Shown here piece after piece: positions 51,830-64,000 of a stretch of DNA of 64,000 nt; within the stretch, counting starts at the first letter, position 1; each line of letters opens with the position of its first letter. The notes beneath the pieces are model-generated. The model had not been told where the DNA came from, did not search any database, and saw nothing but the letters and a program-made list of their open reading frames with translations. This DNA comes from Octopus bimaculoides (lineage: Eukaryota): the NCBI RefSeq assembly GCF_001194135.2, contig NC_068984.1, positions 21,390,163 to 21,454,162 on the forward strand. Direction: 5' to 3'. Both the position numbers and the translations under genes were made by a program.

Positions 51830-52364
51830 TGATTTGCCGGACACCATTTGTTTTCTAACGAAACACTTTCAAACTTGGGATACTGGTAGAATTTGTCATA
51901 TAAAACATCTTTTTCTCTTAGTCTTGTTAAGAAAAGTTTGTATATTCGAAGTTATTTCATGTTAAAAGTTGTCGTATTTCGGTAATTTCAACCAATCACT
52001 GACGTCTATTGAAGTGAAAACAATTACTGCTGTGGTTTGTCAACAACACGTTGTGGCGGTGTAATGGGATCTTTTCCCTTGATTAAAATTACTGCCGTTG
52101 TTTGTCAACAACAACTATCGGCGGTACTGTTATTTATGACATCGTTCGTGCGTTTGTACTGGTTTTAGCTTTAGGGTTTTAGGGTTAGGGTTTTAGGGTT
52201 AGGGTTTTTGGGTTAGGGTTAGAGTTAGGAGTATGAGTGTTGTTGCCAAATTTGGTGAAGAATTTGTGGCGGTGTATTGAACAGATTTTCGCTTCATCTC
52301 CCTTCTGGATCTTTCCATCGCCCCCAGGGATTGCGGGCAGTACCGCCCGCTTTGAGAAGCACTG
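51830..52364. mobile_element. Dispersed non-autonomous element region containing a TTAGGG-like array, ending in a hAT-like terminus
   Basis: Duplicated gtcaacaac..ggcggt motifs; (TTAGGG)-like run 52164-52229; GCGGGCAGTACCGCCCGC hairpin plus TTTGAGAAGCACTG terminus at 52333-52364. Confidence 0.45.
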
Positions 52365-52923
52365 TATTGGAGAGAGGATTTCATCTCTACTACCACCACC
52401 ACCACCATCATAATTTTCACCGCCGCTCGTCACACCATCGCTTATATCATCTTCGCTACCGGCATCTCCACGACCGCCACCACCATCATCACCACCATCG
52501 CGAGGGATTACTGTAATACCGTAACAAACAAATTTTGAAGATGCATAATTTCTCCATTCTTCTTTATGATGTCTTATAGATAGATGTGTGTGTGTGTGTG
52601 TGTGTGAGCGCGTGTACCCTTGTACCTTTTACTCGTTTCAGTCATTAGACTGCNNNNNNNNNNNNNNNNNNNNNNNNNNNNNNNNNNNNNNNNNNNNNNN
52701 NNNNNNNNNNNNNNNNNNNNNCCGCCTTGAAGAATTTAGAAGAACAAATCTCCCTCAGCAATTTTTAATTTGATACTTTCTATCACTCACTTATGCCGAA
52801 CCGCTAAGTTACAGGAACAAGCGGAGTTGGGGAACAAATGCAAAGACATACACGCGCTCACGCACGCACGCATACGCACGCACACACACACACACACACA
52901 TGTCAGGCTTCCAAACAGTTTCC

Positions 52924-53153
52924 TATTTCTTTATTGCTCACAAGGAGCTAAACACAAAGGGGACAAACAAGGACAGACAAAGGGATTAAGTCGATTACAT
53001 CGACCCCAGTGCGTAACTGGTGCTTAATTTATCGACCCCGAAAGGATGAAAGGCAAAGTCGTCCTCGGCGGAATTTGAACTCAGAACGTAACGGCAGACG
53101 AAATACCACTAAGCATTTCGCCCGGCGTGCTAACGTTTCTGCCAGCTCGCCGC
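52924..53153 (-). mobile_element. tRNA-headed SINE with Nin/Deu-like core (tail type 2), nested inside a composite SINE
   Basis: Core gactttgcctttcatcctttcggggtcgataaattaagcaccag; 16-bp TSD CTTCCA(A/C)ACAGTTTCC at 52908-52923 and 53154-53169. Confidence 0.85.
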
Positions 53154-53349
53154 CTTCCACACAGTTTCCCGTCTACCAATCTCACATTGGTCGCTCAAGG
53201 GCTATAGTAGAAGACACTTACACAAGGTGCTGCGCAATGGGACTGCATCTGAAACCAAGTGGTCACAAAGCGAGTTTCTTAACCACGGAGTCATTCCTGC
53301 GGTTAATATATAAAACATAGATCTTATAATTTTCAAAACAGTGAATACC

Positions 53350-53543
53350 ATTTCCTCTTTTACTTGTATCAGTAATTTGACTGCGGTCATGCTGGAGCAC
53401 CGCCCTTAGTCGAGCAAATCGACCTCAGGACTTATTCTTTGTAAGCCTAGTACTTATTCTATCGGACCCTTTTGCCGAACCGCTAAGTTACGGGAACNNN
53501 NNNNNNNNNNNNNNNNNNNNNNNNNNCAAACACACACACACAA

Positions 53544-53583
<40 letters not shown>

Positions 53584-53820
53584 CATCCGTTTTCTCCATT
53601 CCTTAAATTTTAATATATATATATATATATATATATCTATATATATACATATACATATATACGACGGGCTTCTTTCAGTTTCTGTCTACCAAATCCACTC
53701 ACAAGGCTTTGGTCGGCCCGAAGCTATAGTAGAAGACACTTGCCCAAAGTGCCACGCAGTGGTACTGAACCCAGGACCATGCGGTTGGTAAGCAAGCTAC
53801 TTACCACACAGCCACTCCTC
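53350..53820 (-). mobile_element. Composite SINE, near-consensus CpG-rich copy
   Basis: GAGTGGCTGTGTGGTAAG...GGTTCAGTACC head, (TA)n/(GT)n linker with an N gap, tail with CpGs preserved. Confidence 0.85.
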
Positions 53821-54555
53821 CTCTTTATAAAAGAAACATTTCTTAAAATTTATGAAAAACACAATAACAAAAATAAGGCACCATAACTGACGGACCAACG
53901 TATTTCCACGGAACTCATTTTACGGAGAACCACTAGACTTACTACACAACAGTAGCAAGATGTATTATTACTATGGAAATGATGATGGTATAATTTATAT
54001 TCTGACTATTTCCAACTGTATTGTCACTAAACGATTCTTATTCCTCCTCCTCCGTTCCAGCGCATTCAACCTCTTCCCCCACACCCCCTTCCTATCTCAT
54101 CATTCACTCACCATCATCCTCCTGTTGCAGTTTCATGTCTGTCTGTGTTTACGAAAAGTATTATTAAGCCATTTCTTTTACATCATAATTAGCGTAAGTT
54201 TCCGGAATATGAATTCGTTATTTCTCGTTCTGTCATTACCCATAACCACTTCTCCCTCTCTCCACATTCACACACACACACACACACATGTGCACGCACA
54301 TACACACGTGCACGCACATACACACACATGTGAGGAGAGAAATCAAAAGACAGGTTTAGACATTTCAGATTTCGATTTGAAGTGTTACCATGGAGATATT
54401 CGGTACATATTTATGTCATAGACACAGTGCTCAATACACTAAAGTAGAGCTGTGTTTTGTATATACGTGCATATGTGTGTGTGTGTTTGTATACATACAT
54501 ACATGCATACATACACACACACATACATACATACATACAAACATACATACATACA

Positions 54556-54587
<32 letters not shown>

Positions 54588-56044
54588 CACAGGCGTACGT
54601 ATTCAGTTGTATGCCTTGATGCAATACACTCTACCTGATATTTCGATTGAATTTCCAGATTAACATTTCACTCCTATTCTCAAATTGCGTTATAACCGTA
54701 TTATATACATGCATGCATGTATCCATGCATAAATACATACATACATGCATGCATGCATGCATACATACATACATACATACACACATACATACATATTGGA
54801 GCGACAGAATGCATATCAACACGTCTGGAGTAAAGTATGTCTGAAATTGAGATCTTGGGAAAAGAATGCAAATCCTTCATTCATATGCTACAAATGATCA
54901 CGTTATCAGAGACTATATAAATCTGCAAGATCTTCTAAGGGTAGATGATGTAGAAAAGATTGGGTAAGGAGCCTCTCGTTGCAGGACTGGCCTAGGGTGC
55001 TGAATACTCTGTAAAAACTGAATTTCAATATATCATTTGTATTCAAATGATTTACACCGATTCTTTCATTAAACATTTCACTTTTCCTTTTATTTCTCTT
55101 CCACCACAGCCTCCACTCTTCAGAGCTACACATTCTCATACCATCTCCACACTATGCACTTATCCCATCTTTCCACCTATCCCTCTGTCTTCCTTGCCAG
55201 GCCATTATTAACTTATTGGAATATCACCCCATATTAAAGAATGTTCTTTGGAGTTCCAAGAGTTCCTGTGCTTTTTTTTTTAGTTATATAATCACACTAC
55301 ACGCAAACAAATCAGATAGAGGCGCACTTTGGAAGCACAAACAACAAGCCCGTTACTTCGTCAAGTTTTCCTTGGCTGTAGTTCAGCTCCGAGTTAAACG
55401 GAATTCTTCAACAAGCATGGTCAAGCATTATTCCCGCCTTTCATACGAAGCTGATCTCTTTTGTTAGTAATTTAATCGCAACTACATTTGGTTGCAGCGA
55501 ACTGTTATGTAATTATGTAAATATTGTAATTTCCTTCGATAAAATAAAATATTGTTTCAACAACATTCGTATTCGACAACTCGCAGCCAGTACAATAAAC
55601 CGAAGGAGACGCAAAGTTATTGTTGTTGTGGGATATTCTGATGTAACTTGACAGCGTAACATTGATTGTTATGCCTCATATTTATAGGCGTTGTAATATA
55701 TGTATTAAGAGAGCGTCGAGGTTAAAATGAGATCGTGTGTACGCTACGTATCGGAGAATTGAACAACACAAGGGAAAGAAGGACTGGAAATATACTAATA
55801 CATAGAAATATAGAAAGAGTTGTGTATTGCTATGGTGTGAGATGAAGAAGAAACTAATTTTGAGCTGGGGCTCTTTGTTGGAGAAGAAACAAGAAACATT
55901 AGCTTCTCGCTCACTTAACTTCAGTTTTATTTTCAGTCTCAACAATGTCTATGTCGGTCATCACTAGCTTACTAATTATAGTGAATCTCCTAATTTACTT
56001 AATTTTGGTTGGTAAAACTTTCAGAACCTTCATCAGTTGGAACA

Positions 56045-56084
<40 letters not shown>

Positions 56085-56573
56085 CAACAATATTTTCTAT
56101 TATAAGCACAGAGCCTGAAATTTGGTGAGAGGGGATTAGTCGATTACATCGACTCCAGTGCTTGACTAAGCACTTATTTTATCGACCCCGAAAGGCAAAG
56201 TCGATCACGGCAGAATTTGAACTCAGAACGTAAGAAATTTCGCTAAGAATTTTGCCTGGCACGCTAATGATTCTGCCAGCTCACCACCCTAATGATAAAT
56301 AGATAGATAGATAAATAAATAAATAAATAAAGTCAAGATGTCTTGTTGAAATCACAGAGCATGACAATTTCAGAAGGAAAGTTATTTCGAATGTTGTTGA
56401 TAATGATCAAACAATTTCTTGTGCTTGATGAGTTCCAAGAGTAATGAAGACAATAAAAGACCTTGAATAACTTGAGAAGGGAAACATTTCATAAAGCAAC
56501 TAAAAATTTTGCAATGGATAAATTAGCTACTTAGAAAATCTCTATAAGAGATGAGCGCAGTAACTATACTGAG

Positions 56574-57061
56574 AAGTAATTTTTATCGCCACTTAAACAT
56601 GGCTGTTCCATAGGAACCGATGTTACTGATACTTTTAACCCCAGGAGGATGTATCCTCCAGCTGGTTATTTGATGCAATCTGAACCTAATATATATATAT
56701 ATATATATTGCTAGCAGGGGAGTGAACCCCTACTATCTTCTAACCACGAGACCACCAGACCGTGCGGTTTCGACCTCTTTGTGGTCATCCCCGATAGTAG
56801 ATACTCGCCCGCTAGAGATAGCATAGTTCACTCCAGCTCGCAATATATAGAAAATCAAGCGACACACACAGAGGTATAAACCGTACGGTCTGGTGGTCTC
56901 GTGGCTAGAAGATGATAGTGGTTCACTCCCCTGTTTGCAATGTATATCGTGTGCTGATTGCATCGAATAACCAACTGGAGCAGGCGTCCTTCTGGGGTTA
57001 AAAATAGTAGTAACGTCGATTCCTACGGAACAGCCACGTTTAAGTGGCGATAAAATTACTT
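56574..57061. mobile_element. Palindromic MITE with ~200-bp arms and ~100-bp spacer
   Basis: AAGTAATTTTTATCGCCAC...GTGGCGATAAAATTACTT; arms pair continuously up to ~56778 / ~56872. Confidence 0.85.
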
Positions 57062-58789
57062 AACTAGAAGTGTCTATTGCCGTTATCAGACCGAGTGAGA
57101 GAGAGAGAGAGAGAGAGAGAGAACTGATATATTTGGCAGTGGTAATGTTATTCTCCGTGTATATATGTAATATAGACAAGCAGACAGAAAAAGAGATGCG
57201 TGGGATAGAGTAAATCGAAATAGATTAAGCGGATCAATTATGGAAAGTGCTTCAGTCGCGACCATTTTGTCTTCAAATCTGGCACAACAATATCCAATGT
57301 CTTCCTTTTTAAAACGGTAGGGTGTGATTTTTTAGGGCAATTTTGCTTCTATTTCTAGCAGGTCGAAGGGCCGTGCAGAAGCCTCCTCTTTAGTTCATAG
57401 GAAAGTAGGGTTTGTCTCTAATAATGAACTGGAAATAACCTGCGAGGGATCTAGTTGGTTTGGCTGCCAGCATCATTTTCTGCTCGAACTGATTTCATAT
57501 TCAGTGTAATGATACATTTTTTATAGGCAAATGAATGACGTGACAATCATTTTCGATGTAAATCTATCGCGTTCAGGGAACGTGAGGGGTCTTGTATTCT
57601 TAATCTCTTTAAAGTTGCCGAAAACGGGATAAACTCCGGCTACTTAACTTGGATTGGCACAAAGTAATTTTGAGGTGGTGGGGGTGCAAATCGATTACAT
57701 CAACCCCCTGTACTTTATTCTATTGACCTCAAGAGGATGGAAAACAAAGTTGATCTCAGCAGTATTTGAATTCAGAAAGTAAAGAGCCAAACAATGTGTC
57801 CGACGCGCTAATGAGTCTGATTGCTTGCCGCCTTATTAAAAATTAGGTTATTACGGCTTCAGTGTTTTTGATCCATGGATCAACTCAACCAGCTGAGTTG
57901 GGCTTAAGCAACAACAAAGAAACGAGAAACATTGGTGTGTTCAGATGAGAGATAAACATTATTGTGAGCTTTATGTTAGGCAGAGAAAAAGAAAAGACTG
58001 TTTTTTACGACAAATAATTCGCCTCAAAATAGTTCCTATTTTTTCTTACATCATCTCAACATACATCTCTTACTTTTATAGATGTCATCGGTTCATTAAG
58101 TTACAAACAAGATTAAATAGCGAGTCAAGGGGACCTCTACGCAACTGCTAAGTGAAGTTTCAGAACTTCCACTGAAATGAAATAACACTTGTACCTATCA
58201 CTCTTCAACCGGCAATTTTGAGAACTTGTAACTCTGACTATTAACTTAATAATACCTATAACAGAATAAATATCATATAATGAATTGTCCAGAGCCTACA
58301 AACCTACGAATTATAATTGCATTCCAAATGAATTGGTTCACATTTAGCTATGTAGCAAGGAATTCTAATTGCAAACATTCATCTATTTAGAGGATATCTA
58401 GAATTACATTATCTGTCTTTTCCTTTTGGAAGATAGTGTGTTTGGCTGCTAACAGGTCGAGTGATCACGCAAGGGCTCCTTGTTGACTCTCTAGGCACAT
58501 AAAAATTACTATACAACCATCCCGAAATCAATTTGTCTTTCATCATTCCGAGTTTCTCTCTTGTGATCCATTATAATTCAATAACAGAAAACGCATTAGT
58601 TCGTATAAACCTATCAGTATTTGAGTGGTACTTTATGTTATCGACCGAGATCGATAAAATAATGCACCAGTCAAGTATACCCGTTACAGCAGAGTATAAT
58701 CAATAAAATCAACACCATCCACGCCAACAATGTGCGGTTTTGTACAAGATTGCCACAAAACCTGATTAATGTATAGGAATTTTGTTTTT

Positions 58790-58872
58790 GTTTACACCGT
58801 TACTGCGCATGCGTAATCGTTACCCAAACTCTTCGCGTAAGTTTCAGTTTATAAATATTTATTTCTCGCCAG
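58790..58872 (+). promoter_or_regulatory. Probable FAM50 promoter and short non-coding exon 1
   Basis: TGCGCATGCG (NRF1-type palindrome) at 58804-58813; donor GTAAGT at 58837-58842; TCTCGCCAGA (one mismatch from the TCTCGCGAGA promoter motif) near 58864-58873; matching acceptor at 61669. Confidence 0.55.
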
Positions 58873-60978
58873 ATTTTGTTTGGAATATTTATATTTCCTG
58901 CTGGAATAAACTAGGATGATAATATTGTGGCAGCCGAATGAAATTATCTATGTTAATTTTAACATATATGTATATAAACTATAATACGTTATGCTTACAT
59001 TCCATTATTATTGACGATATATATTACTAATTATTATTAAACATTTCTTTTTTTGTTTGAATTATTTATTGAACTATTATACTCTTAGCATGAAGATATA
59101 ATTATTTTTGTTTTACAAAATCACTGTTTGATGCTTTCTTAGAGTAAACCGTGGTATCTGTGAAAGCTAGTGGATGATTATTTACACACAGCTTGCTCTG
59201 CGTAACATTCAGTAGTTCCTGCTGAAGGATATGACAACGATCGCTAACCTACGAACATTATCGCTTCTCCATCAGTGTCGAGCAGCGTTGATGCAATTAA
59301 GGAATGTCCTGATTCTTTCGGCTCGCACGTTTTCCCCTCTTCAACATTCATGCAGTCACCACAAACAATATGTTGTGAACTCTCTAACCATGCATCAACT
59401 ATTTGTTATGCTATTTTCGCTGAGGGTTGTTCCGAGTTCACTTCTTCGGTTTTTCACTCACACGCTTCTACCATTTCCTTGGCAATTAGTGAGTATAAAA
59501 ATGATATAGAAGTGGGGAAATATACCGCCAACGGGCAGGAATTACAACTAGATATCTCCAAGCAGTTTAAATGCACACGTTTCCGACATCCTGAATTATG
59601 ACCTGGATGCAACACCTTACAGTTAAGGGCCGAAATACATGCCTGAAACGGGTTTCTTCTCTGAAGACTTGCTATTCAACTCTTTTGAGGGTTTCTTACC
59701 ACTTTAATCTATATATTTATCATAAGAAAACATCTCTCTGACAAATAGGTTTGCTTGAAACATTAAACCTTCTCCTCTACACCAACTTTGAACTATTTCA
59801 TAAAATATTTCCTCTCCCATATTAAAATTGTCAAAAAATTTCTAGCTCCGTATACTCCGTGTTTTTAAAATGTAAGAAAGATTGCGATGGTTGTAACTTT
59901 AATGTTCTTTTCAGTGGTATTCGAAGCGTTAGAAAATTTAATATATACACAAAAACTGCATTACAATTTAAGCTTGAGAAATTGAATAAGAATTTATTTT
60001 TTTTAGTATATAAATTGATTATTACATATATAATACATTGTATTTGAATAGTGCTATTCTGTGTAGATCCAAATTAGGCGAACTGTATAATATAATATTG
60101 TTAAACCGAGCGGTGAAGTCCTAGTTTTAAAGCCAGTTTCAAATGATAGTTATCTTCCCCCTTTGTGAATGTTGTCAACATTCTAATTTCTAAATGAATA
60201 TAAATTGTATAGTTATCTCCCTTGTGTCATTAGCCAATATGTTCTCTATACACATCTACCCTTCAACTCTTACATATGTACTGTATAGTCTTGTGTACAG
60301 AATACACTATGCTGATTCGCTCTAGCAAACGAAAACATGTCCTTCCTTGTCACTTGCTGGCAAAGATAATATTGTCATAAGCATATTAATTAATTTGAGA
60401 AGCTAATTAAAAATTTCTTGCGATTATCTCCCCTTTACTTTGAGACCTACAGAGAACTGCTGCTAAGTTTTTCTTTCTCCAAATAAGAGGGCAACTTCAA
60501 TTAACGAAGAATTTTCGAGTGTGCAACATCCACTACATTAGATATCATGTTAATAAAGGTAGAAAACACAAAGAGATGATACATTGTCAACTACTGAAGA
60601 GTTAATTTCTTGGGTCTGCAGAGGATATTCTTTTAATTGTTTCGGTCATTTGACTGTGGCCATGCTGGAGCACCATCTTTAGTCGAACAAATCAACTCCA
60701 GGACTATGTGAGCCTAGTACTTATTCTATTGGTCTCTTTTCCTGAACTGCTAAGTTATGGGGACGTAAACACACCAACATCGATTGTCAAGTGATGGGGG
60801 ACAAACACAAAGATATACATATCATCATCATCATCATCATCGTTTAACGTCCGCTTTCCATGCTAGCATGGGTTGGACGACTTGACTGAGGACTGGTGAA
60901 ACCGGATGGCAACACCAGGCTCCAATCTAAATTTGGCAGAGTTTCTACAGCTGGATGCCCTTCCTAACGCCAACCACT

Positions 60979-61027
<49 letters not shown>

Positions 61028-61711
61028 TATATACGGTGGGATTCTTTCAGTTTCCGTCTCCCAAATCCACTCACAAGGCTTTGGTCAGTCCGAGGCTATA
61101 GTAGAAGACACTTGCCCAAGGTGCCCACACAGTGGGACTGAAACTGGTTGGTAAGCAAGCTACTTACTACACAGCCGCTCCTGTGAAGGTTTGAAAGAAA
61201 TGAAATCAGCATACTTGGCTGGATATGTGCTGTTCATGTGCATGAGTGACAAAGCACAGATGAGCTAAGAGCAAAAAAGGTAGTATCCAAAAGAGGAGAC
61301 TGTTGGTACAAACATGACGTTTGTGGTGAGTGACAGTTGGTTAAAGAAGTGGTAAACAGTCCAAGTAGAAGGCATTTCTTGTGGAAAAGGAAGATATAGG
61401 AAAAAATGGTGAATGAAGAAGATGACAACAGACCATGAAAAGTGGTAAGAGACTGCTGGAAAGGGCCCATCTAATCCTTGCAAAAATGGATAAAGAGACA
61501 TGTAAATAACAATAAATTTCCATTTGTTTTAGCTAACTTTGGTTTATAGCAACATTAAATTGATTGAGGTTTAAAGGTTGGACATTCTACTGTTTCTTGC
61601 ATTGTTGCCAAGCATATAAATTGAAGCAGACGGCTATGTGAGAAATTATCCCCCTTTTACTTTTTCTAGGTTAAATTAGTTTGGAGATCTATTAATTGTC
61701 TATAAAAAAAA

Positions 61712-61904
61712 ATGGCACACTACAAAGGAGCTGCATCAGAAGCTGGGAGAGCTTTCAGTTTGATGAAGAAACGCCAGAAAGAACATCAAGAGCTGGAAGC
61801 AAAAAAGAAAAAAATTGAAGAGGAATTAAAAATTGGTAGCATTCAGAACAAATTTGCAGCTCATTATGATGCTGTTGAACAGCAACTCAAATCAAATACT
61901 ATTG
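61712..61904 (+). CDS. FAM50A: FAM50/XAP5 family protein, first coding exon ([26 protein letters not shown]...[15 protein letters not shown])
   Basis: Characteristic [14 protein letters not shown] and HYDAVE motifs; upstream acceptor tttttctag|G at 61669/61670; donor ATTG|gtaagt, phase 1. Confidence 0.95.
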
Positions 61905-62978
61905 GTAAGTTGTATCTTATATTTTCAAAACTGGATGATTTTTAACAATTTGAAATGATTTGGAAAATTTGGGTGTTTGCATTTAAATTCTTGGCACAAG
62001 CTAATGTTATTTTATTTGTTTTGTACTGAGTCTTCTTTAACAAACCCACAAATATGAAGACAGCCTAAATAATACATTCAATTAACAGCATTTACCTTAA
62101 AACACTGCATACAAGGGGAGCTCTCTACTTGGTCGCTCAGCTTGCTAGAATTACCAGCTACATCTCCCTCAACTCATAAAAAATGGAAAGACACATTGGA
62201 CAAAGTGGTCCTAGACGCACAAAAATTGGTATAGTCCTGACTAAAAAGTTTTTTTATCATAGCTCAAACCAGGTTAAAGAACATATTGAAATCTTACCTT
62301 CTTAAGTGGTTTCCAGTAGGAATTCCCAAATGTCAAATCTATACATGATCTCCTTTTTTATGTGATACACCACTCCACTCTAGAAAACTATGATCAAAAC
62401 AGTATTATCATATTAGACTGCAAACATCTGTAAAACATGACTGTAATTAGAATGGTCTCTTTTATAATATCTTTTTAATAATATCAATGATTTCTTGCTT
62501 TAGTGCAGACTCAAGAAATTTGTCAATTTCCACAAATTGTCCTGATGCTACTTTTTTCTAATCTTACATCATTTTCAAACAAGGCTATTTCAAGAGGTGA
62601 TGCATTTCACAGTTTGCATAGCATTAAACTAATAAAAAACACATATGCTGTTGGTGGTGGTTTCAAAGGTTGTGTTCTTATAATCCTAGAATTATGTGAT
62701 CAGTTTCCAATTAAAACTGCTTTCATTTTCATTGCTAAAACTCTTATTTTCTTCAATACTAAAAATTTGAAAATGTATGTCTATAACCATAATCATTTAA
62801 ACAAAAAACTTTTGAATTACATTAATATCTTTTCCACTATATTAGTAAGCAAATTCCGACACACAGTTTGCTAAAATTTATACTTTAGTTCACATGCAAC
62901 AGATTTACTTGTATAATGATCTTCTATTAATAAGTCATTTATTCTTATACTGACACCCTTCGTTGTTCTCATCAAAAG

Positions 62979-63118
62979 GGTTGGTTACTCTGGATGAAAT
63001 GAAAGCAAAACAAGAAGATGTGGTAAAACAACGTGAAAAGCAACTTGCCAAAAAAGACGCTGAAGCTCGACAGTATGCAAAGCAACAGGAAGAGAAAAGA
63101 CGATATGAGAAAATGAAG
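62979..63118 (+). CDS. FAM50A: FAM50/XAP5 second coding exon (G-LVTLDEMKAKQEDVVKQREKQLAKKDAEARQYAKQQEEKRRYEKMK); gene continues past the window
   Basis: Acceptor tcatcaaaag|GG in phase 1; GLVTLxxMKAKQE...EREKQLAKK conserved; donor AAG|gtatgt (alternative gtaaga a few nt later). Confidence 0.9.
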
Positions 63119-64000
63119 GTATGTAAGAGGGACTATGAGAGAAAGAGTAGGAAGTTTCACTTAATATCTCATCCTTTTCCATGAGGAAAGCTTTGGTGGT
63201 TAGAGGTGTTGGAGTAAGAGAGGTAAGAGAGTTTATAAATGATAGGAAAGCTTGCAGAGTGTTTGTGGACAGATGAGTGAATTGATGTTGCTCAAAGTGG
63301 TATGGAACCAGCATGATGCGGCAGGGGTAAACCAGCATATGCTGTTGTTCTCTGCTGTTGATATTTGGGGTTGCTTTCTATACCTTGACTCGAGTTTAGG
63401 ACAGGGCTCGCCTCTTTGAGCAAGAAAATGAATGAAATGCCTAGTGTGTTTCTTGTGGCTACCCCTTCCAATGGGGAATGGGCCTTGGTAAATAAAAACA
63501 AAAACATTGGTTTTAAGTAAGGAAGTACTTCTGTTTGTTTGTGTTTTTTCCTATTTGTCACTTACATCTTTTTTCATGTTAACTTCACTGAGATGTTTTT
63601 TTTTTCAAATTTGAAGCCTATTTATTATCTAGTTCACATCGTGAATAGATTTATTGAATTTCTCATTATTTTCTTGAAAAGCTGGAGAAAATATTAGATT
63701 GACCAAAAGGAAAAAACAAGGGGGACAACTTGTATCATACAGTTCGGGTATTTGGTATAAAAGTATGATCATCATCATCATCATCATCGTTTAACGTCCG
63801 CTTTCCATGCTAGCATGGGTTGGACGGTTTGACTGAGGACTGGTGAAACCGGATGGCAACATCAGGCTCCAGTCTGATTTGGCAGAGTTTCTACAGCTGG
63901 ATGCCCTTCCTAACGCCAACCACTCAGAGAGTGTAGTGGGTGCTTTTACGTGTCACCCGCACGAAAACGGCCACGCTCGAAATGGTGTCTTTTATGTGCC

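Noticed and set aside
52185-52516. Gly/His-rich ORFs
   Set aside because: Derived from (CAC/CAT)n and TTAGGG repeats; no splice or homology support.
55692-55944. TG...CA-bounded segment resembling a solo LTR
   Set aside because: No convincing target-site duplication (ggcgt vs atgtc) and no second copy in the window.

Overview
AT-rich, microsatellite- and transposon-saturated eukaryotic DNA with 7 N-gaps. The repeat repertoire (tRNA-headed SINEs, RTE/R4/Penelope-type retroelements) suggests an octopus or other cephalopod; this is inference. Two spliced protein-coding genes are supported, head to head. (1) A complete 5-exon NOXRED1-like gene (NADP-binding Rossmann, P5C-reductase-like) on the minus strand: CDS 47529-47342, 35019-34829, 32067-31732, 27481-27289, 24050-23873, joining in phase to 361 aa. 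Its key GxGxxG exon is missing from the supplied ORF track. (2) The 5' part of FAM50A/XAP5 on the plus strand: CDS 61712-61904, 62979-63118, continuing beyond the window. The NOXRED1 promoter has two tandem RFX X-box-like motifs; the FAM50 promoter has an NRF1-type palindrome. The ~13 kb spanning both promoters visibly retains CpG, unlike the gene bodies. The rest is a nested TE record: a Tc1 with long IR/DR-type ends, mariner relics, a non-autonomous Helitron, MITE/foldback elements, Dong/R4-like copies in (TAA)n tracts and SINEs inserted into SINEs. There is also a 150-bp templated copy of a NOXRED1 exon-intron junction inside a SINE. No rRNA, true tRNA or CRISPR feature is supported. TE boundaries are approximate unless a TIR or TSD is quoted.
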